A stretch of DNA of 64,000 bases, taken from contig OX638351.1 of assembly GCA_951813565.1 (NCBI GenBank), forward strand, positions 512,001-576,000, in the 5' to 3' direction. Both the position numbers and the translations under genes were made by a program. Numbering within the stretch: the stretch's first letter is position 1; the number at the start of each line of letters is the position of its first letter. Of this stretch, positions 59,332 through 64,000 are shown one piece after another. The notes under the pieces were generated by a model. That model was given only the letters and a program-made list of their open reading frames with translations, was not told the DNA's origin and did not search any database. Origin of the DNA: an uncultured Poribacteria bacterium (GTDB lineage Bacteria; Poribacteria; WGA-4E; WGA-3G).

Positions 59332-61221
59332 ATGAAAAGAAATTCCATTTTACGGGACAGTAAAGTATTCCGCCGATTTTTGAAATATAATCTATTTTGC
59401 CTGATGCTTTTTTGCCTTGTCCTTTCGGCAAATGCGCAAGAACGTTTCGCAGATGCAGTCGGGCCAGTTACCATTCGCGAGGTAACTTCTATATCTCCTT
59501 TGGTCGTGCCTTATATTACGTGGGGTGGTGAATCTGCGTTGTTCCATGCCAATGGCGGTTTGACAACGCAAGCTGGTACAATCATGGAGAAACAGGGGTT
59601 GAACCTCAAATTAGTGCCCGGTGATAATTTTCAGCAGCAAGTTCGCGACTATCTATCGGGTAAGTCACCTATTCTGCGCGGCACTTTCAGGATGATAGCC
59701 CAAGCGAGTGAAGTTGTGGGACGCGATCCTCGCACAAAGCCTGTTGTGTTCGGGCAGCTAACTTGGTCTGCAGGCGACCATTTTGTGGGGCGCGCAAACA
59801 TCCGAAAGATTTCTGATCTGAGCGGTAAAAAGATTGCTATTCAAAAAGGTGGTCCGCACGTCGGGATGCTCTACGATATGTTGAAGACTGCCCGACTCTC
59901 AAAAGCAAATGTCCAAATCGTGTGGGTGGACGAATTGACAGGGGCAAACGGTCCCGCAGAACGTTTCAGGAACGATGATTCTATTGCGGGATGTTTCGTC
60001 ATCACACCTGACATGATCGGACTGACAGGTGGACCTGAGAATACCGGCACGGGGGCAGAAGGCACCGTGAAAGGTGCACACGTCGTGGTTAGTACTGCTA
60101 CACTTTCACGTTCTATTGCCGATGTTTACGCATGTCGCAAGGATTTTTACGATACTTACAAACCTCTCATTGAACGATTCTTTGCGGGTTATCTGAAGGG
60201 TGCTGAAGATGTTGTGGCACTCAAAAAAGTTTATGAAAAAAGTGGATCAACACAATACAATAAACTCCTGACAATGATGCAGAATATCTACGGAAAAGAC
60301 GTGCTGCCAACGCTTGAGGAAGATGCTCACGGTTTAATTGCAGATTGCACTTTTGTCGGGCAACCCGGCAATATTGCATTTTTCAACGATCCAACCAATA
60401 CCATCAGCGGTTTTGAAGGATTTAATAAAGCAGGATTGGATATGGCAGTCAACTGGGGATTTGCAAAGCAGCGGCACGCCTTGCTCCCTTCTGACCTGAA
60501 TTTCAACGCTAACACATTCAAGAACCTACTCGCCACAACCGTAACTGCCCCCACGCAGCTAAAACAGACGCGTTTTAAAAAGGAAACTGTCCGTGCAGAA
60601 ATTGAATCGTTCAATGAGGACGCAGTGCTTGACGAAAAAACGTTGATCTCCTTTACGATTCAATTTGGCGCGAATGAGGACACTTTTAGCGGTACCCAAT
60701 ATAGTGATGAATTTGACAGAGTCGTTGAGCTCGCTTCCAAATATGGAAACGCTGCCATTGCGATAAAGGGACACAGTGATCCTACACGCACACTCCGAGT
60801 GTTAGTTAAAGCCGGAAAAGATAAAGGAATTTTGAAACAGACAGGCACACCAGGCAACTACAGATACTTTTTTAATGGAAAACCTCTCAGCCTTGAAAAT
60901 ACCGCTGAATTGATTCGTCTCATTGAACGGAAGGCGTTTGACGATGGTAGTGATGTTGAAAGTCCTTACCAAGTGATGCGTGCGGCACTCAAACTCTCAG
61001 AACAACGCGGTGAAGCGGTCAAACAGTCGATTATTGATTATGCGCGGCGTAAAAATGCTCGTATTGATGCGGACCAGATTGTCCCAGTCGGTGTGGGAAT
61101 TAAGGAACCTATTATCCCAAAACCGACGAGCCTTGCAGAAGCAGCAGAAAATAGGCGTGTTGAATTTGCACTCATCAAGGTTTCGGCGGAAGCTGTCGCT
61201 GCCTCCGATTTTGATTTTTAG
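59332..61221 (+). CDS. Solute-binding (NMT1/PBP2-like) domain fused to an OmpA-like domain
   Basis: Signal peptide; LTWSAGD, DLSGKKIA, IADVY..RKDF; C-terminal IQFG...IKGHSD...LSEQR...ENRRVEF. Confidence 0.8.
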   Translation: MKRNSILRDSKVFRRFLKYNLFCLMLFCLVLSANAQERFADAVGPVTIREVTSISPLVVPYITWGGESALFHANGGLTTQAGTIMEKQGLNLKLVPGDNFQQQVRDYLSGKSPILRGTFRMIAQASEVVGRDPRTKPVVFGQLTWSAGDHFVGRANIRKISDLSGKKIAIQKGGPHVGMLYDMLKTARLSKANVQIVWVDELTGANGPAERFRNDDSIAGCFVITPDMIGLTGGPENTGTGAEGTVKGAHVVVSTATLSRSIADVYACRKDFYDTYKPLIERFFAGYLKGAEDVVALKKVYEKSGSTQYNKLLTMMQNIYGKDVLPTLEEDAHGLIADCTFVGQPGNIAFFNDPTNTISGFEGFNKAGLDMAVNWGFAKQRHALLPSDLNFNANTFKNLLATTVTAPTQLKQTRFKKETVRAEIESFNEDAVLDEKTLISFTIQFGANEDTFSGTQYSDEFDRVVELASKYGNAAIAIKGHSDPTRTLRVLVKAGKDKGILKQTGTPGNYRYFFNGKPLSLENTAELIRLIERKAFDDGSDVESPYQVMRAALKLSEQRGEAVKQSIIDYARRKNARIDADQIVPVGVGIKEPIIPKPTSLAEAAENRRVEFALIKVSAEAVAASDFDF

Positions 61222-61242
61222 GTTGTTAGATAGGAGACTCTT

Positions 61243-62151
61243 GTGAAACAAGCAAAAGTATCGTTTCTTCTCCTATGCGTGTTCATTTTTGTTCAGATAA
61301 GCATCGCGGATAATGGTGTTCATACGGATAATATTATTGTGATTCTCGATGCTTCTGGTTCAATGCGGGACAGGTTTCGTGCAGACGAGACGAAATCGAA
61401 GATGGATGCAGCGAAAGAAGCACTCAAAGAGGTTTTAGCGAAAGTGCCTGATGGTACCAATATCGGGTTACTTGTATTTAGTGGCAGGAATATTCGGGAC
61501 GAATGGGTCTATCCGTTGGGACCAAAAGATACAGCCAGACTCATAGCGGCGATTGATTTGCTGCAACCTGAGGGCGGTACTCCGCTCGGAAGATATATGC
61601 GTATCGGGGCAAATCGTCTCCTTGAGCAGCGGGAAAAACAGTATAACTACGGCAATTATCGCTTGTTGATTGTAACAGACGGTGAAGCACAAGATAATGA
61701 CAAAGTGGCACAGTATACACCGGAGATTCTGAACCGGCAAATTCGCGTTGATGTCATCGGTGTTGATATGAAAACCGACCATAAGTTGGCAACGGATGCG
61801 GATAGTTATCGCAGAGCGGATAATCCTGGAGAACTTGTGGCAGCAGTCTCACAAATCCTTGCCGAAACCGGTGGGACCGGGACTGACATTGATGGCGCAG
61901 ACGCATTTGAGGACATTGCGCCACTTTCATCAGAGGTCGCTTTTGACCTTATCCAACGGATTACAACACCGCCGAGTAATACAGCAATAGCGACAACAGT
62001 AAAGCAGATGCCAACACAACCGAAAACATCGACGCAACAACCGATGCGACAACCTGTCCAAAAACGTAGTGGTGGCAACAGCGGATGGCTTCTTATCGGT
62101 CTCGTTATTTTAATTGCAGGTTTTTTTATTTTTAGACGAATAGGAAGATAG
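61243..62151 (+). CDS. Exported vWA domain protein with C-terminal membrane anchor
   Basis: MIDAS DASGS, GGTPL, VTDGE; Pro/Thr/Gln linker, then SGG..GW-TM-RR. Confidence 0.88.
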   Translation: MKQAKVSFLLLCVFIFVQISIADNGVHTDNIIVILDASGSMRDRFRADETKSKMDAAKEALKEVLAKVPDGTNIGLLVFSGRNIRDEWVYPLGPKDTARLIAAIDLLQPEGGTPLGRYMRIGANRLLEQREKQYNYGNYRLLIVTDGEAQDNDKVAQYTPEILNRQIRVDVIGVDMKTDHKLATDADSYRRADNPGELVAAVSQILAETGGTGTDIDGADAFEDIAPLSSEVAFDLIQRITTPPSNTAIATTVKQMPTQPKTSTQQPMRQPVQKRSGGNSGWLLIGLVILIAGFFIFRRIGR

Positions 62152-62425
62152 TGGTCGGCAGTCGGCTTTCAGCAATCAAAAGTTATCTCTTATTGCGAAT
62201 GTAACAGGAATTTTTATATCATTTCTGAAAAAACCGTTATGAGATTTTGGACCACACACTAAGATGAAGAATGTCCGAGGCGCAATGAATTGCGCGACTA
62301 CGAACATGAATACTTTTATAATCTGATGTCTGTTCTTAATATGGAGCGGTTAGGAAACCGCTCCTACCGGTCCGATGTATTAATCGCATAACTCTTTTAC
62401 CGCTGACGGTATTAGGAATAAAGAT

Positions 62426-64000
62426 ATGGAAGCCAAAACAAGAAGTAGAATGATCATGGTGGCGAGTTGGCTGATTATTATCGGTATAATCGGACTGGCT
62501 TACAAGTTCCTTGTTGAACCTCGCCTTAGTGGTAGACGCACCAAACTCGTTGAAAAAACCAGTACGCAGCGTTATGATCACGAGATTAAAGTGGCACATG
62601 ACTCTTTTCCCGGATACGCCATTCTTCGGTCAGACGCTGTGAAGAATCTGCTTGATCGGCAATCAATTAAGCTTACCTTTGTTGATGATAAAGCAGATTA
62701 CGTGAGGCGAGCGCGCGATCTGAAAAGTGGTAAGGTACAGATGGCGGTCTTTACCGTTGATGCTTACCTTAAAGCGGGTAGTGTTATCGGTGATTTTCCT
62801 GGTTCGATTGTTCTCGTCATAGATGAATCCAAAGGGGCAGATGCGATTGTTGCACATAAGCGGGGTGTGCCAACCATCCCAAATTTGAGTAATCCGAAGG
62901 CGCGTATTGTGCTAACGCCAGATTCCCCGAGCGAAACGCTTGCACGAATTATGATTAACACGATGAGCCTGCCGAGTCTTCCTACTTCTTGGGCATCCGA
63001 TGCAGACGGTGCTGAGGATGTCTATAAGAAACTAAAATCTGCAGATCCAGATGAACCCTCTGCTTACGTTTTGTGGGAACCCTATGTAACGAAGGCACTG
63101 GCGATTGAGGGTGTACATCTTTTGTTAGACAGTTCGAAACTGAAAGGTTATATCGTTGATGTGTTAGTCGTCCAACGTGAATTTTTAGATTCGCAACGTG
63201 AGCTTGTTACACATGTTGTGCAGGCGTACCTCCGAGCAAACTACGACTACACTAACCAACCTGATGGATTGTTCACCTTGATTGAAGCGGATGCTAAGCA
63301 GTACGGCGATGCGCTCAGTCGAAATGAAGCAAGTCAATTGGTTAAAGGTATTGAATGGCGGAACACCGTTGAAAATTACGCGCATTTCGGGGTGATTTCT
63401 GGTGCGGAAGCAAAAGAATCTGAGAAACTTGAAACGATGATTGCGAAGATTGTGCAAGTACTCGTCAAGACAAATTCACTTTCAGCAGACCCGCTGGAAG
63501 GGAATTACGGAGACCTATTCTTTGAAGGCATTTTGCGTTCACTTCACCACGATAAATTTCATCCCGGTGTGTTAAACGCAGGTGGCACAGATGGATTAGA
63601 CGATATTTTTGTTGATACAGCACCTGTTATAGAAGAGGAAGTTCGGGAAGAGGCTGCGTTGAATCCTCTATCTGACACAAATTGGAACACGCTTGCTCCT
63701 GTGGCAGCGATGAAAATAGAACCGATCCAATTCGGTAGGGGAAACGCTCGAATTCTTCCCGGTAGCCAACGCGCACTTGCTGACATTGCATCAAATTTAA
63801 AATCTTTTCCACAGTATTATCTCAGAGTTGTTGGACATACGCGGAAGGAAGGGGATCCAGCAGCAAATAAGATTCTCGCTACACAACGTGCTGAGGCAGC
63901 TGCCAAGGCACTCAGGCAATTGGGCATCAAGAGCCATAGAATCCGTGCTATTGCGAGTACCCGAACCTCTGCAAAGATGCAAGGAGGCGCAGCACAAAGC
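62426..64000 (+). CDS. Membrane-anchored solute-binding (NMT1/PBP2-like)-OmpA fusion, 3' partial (not in the ORF track)
   Basis: Manual translation MEAKTRSRMIMVASWLIII...DSFPGY...IDESKGADAIV...LWEPYV...IVDVLVV...IQFGRG...VVGHT...LATQRA; open to the window end. Confidence 0.85.
   Translation, partial: MEAKTRSRMIMVASWLIIIGIIGLAYKFLVEPRLSGRRTKLVEKTSTQRYDHEIKVAHDSFPGYAILRSDAVKNLLDRQSIKLTFVDDKADYVRRARDLKSGKVQMAVFTVDAYLKAGSVIGDFPGSIVLVIDESKGADAIVAHKRGVPTIPNLSNPKARIVLTPDSPSETLARIMINTMSLPSLPTSWASDADGAEDVYKKLKSADPDEPSAYVLWEPYVTKALAIEGVHLLLDSSKLKGYIVDVLVVQREFLDSQRELVTHVVQAYLRANYDYTNQPDGLFTLIEADAKQYGDALSRNEASQLVKGIEWRNTVENYAHFGVISGAEAKESEKLETMIAKIVQVLVKTNSLSADPLEGNYGDLFFEGILRSLHHDKFHPGVLNAGGTDGLDDIFVDTAPVIEEEVREEAALNPLSDTNWNTLAPVAAMKIEPIQFGRGNARILPGSQRALADIASNLKSFPQYYLRVVGHTRKEGDPAANKILATQRAEAAAKALRQLGIKSHRIRAIASTRTSAKMQGGAAQS

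Noticed and set aside
62336..63997. Several short minus-strand ORFs at the right edge
   Set aside because: Shadows of the long plus-strand ORF starting at 62426 that runs off the window

Overview
Bacterial chromosomal window, mostly housekeeping and accessory genes. The gene content (BMC satellite genes, DUF1549/1553 protein, serpin, repeat-rich intergenic DNA) is suggestive of Ca. Poribacteria or a similar diderm lineage; this is an inference. Recognisable genes: rpiA, RhaI-type L-rhamnose isomerase, lon, mazF, msrP, a BMC hexamer plus pduL, exbB/exbD, gltB, lpdA and purB. Mobile DNA: an IS982-family element at the left edge, a MITE carrying its exact 15-bp end with an 8-bp target duplication, and several other MITE shells with target duplications that share short palindromic internal modules. 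Best candidates for poorly described systems: (i) an operon led by a DUF2946-like RGPP leader, encoding a His-rich metal binder, an FMN-bind-like protein lacking the flavinylation motif and a Cyc2-like cytochrome-porin fusion (21.9-26.2 kb); (ii) a ParA-like ATPase + RxxxxH HEPN gene pair, a candidate defence system (52.6-54.3 kb); (iii) two solute-binding-protein/OmpA fusions flanking a membrane-anchored vWA protein (59.3-64 kb); (iv) a 1104-aa lipoprotein/beta-barrel candidate next to an ExbB fusion and three ExbDs with no TonB (39.7-46.3 kb); (v) a toxin-antitoxin island in which two genes need a -1 shift at an in-register A AAA AAA run. No CRISPR array, rRNA or tRNA was seen. Family assignments come from motif recognition by eye, not database searches.
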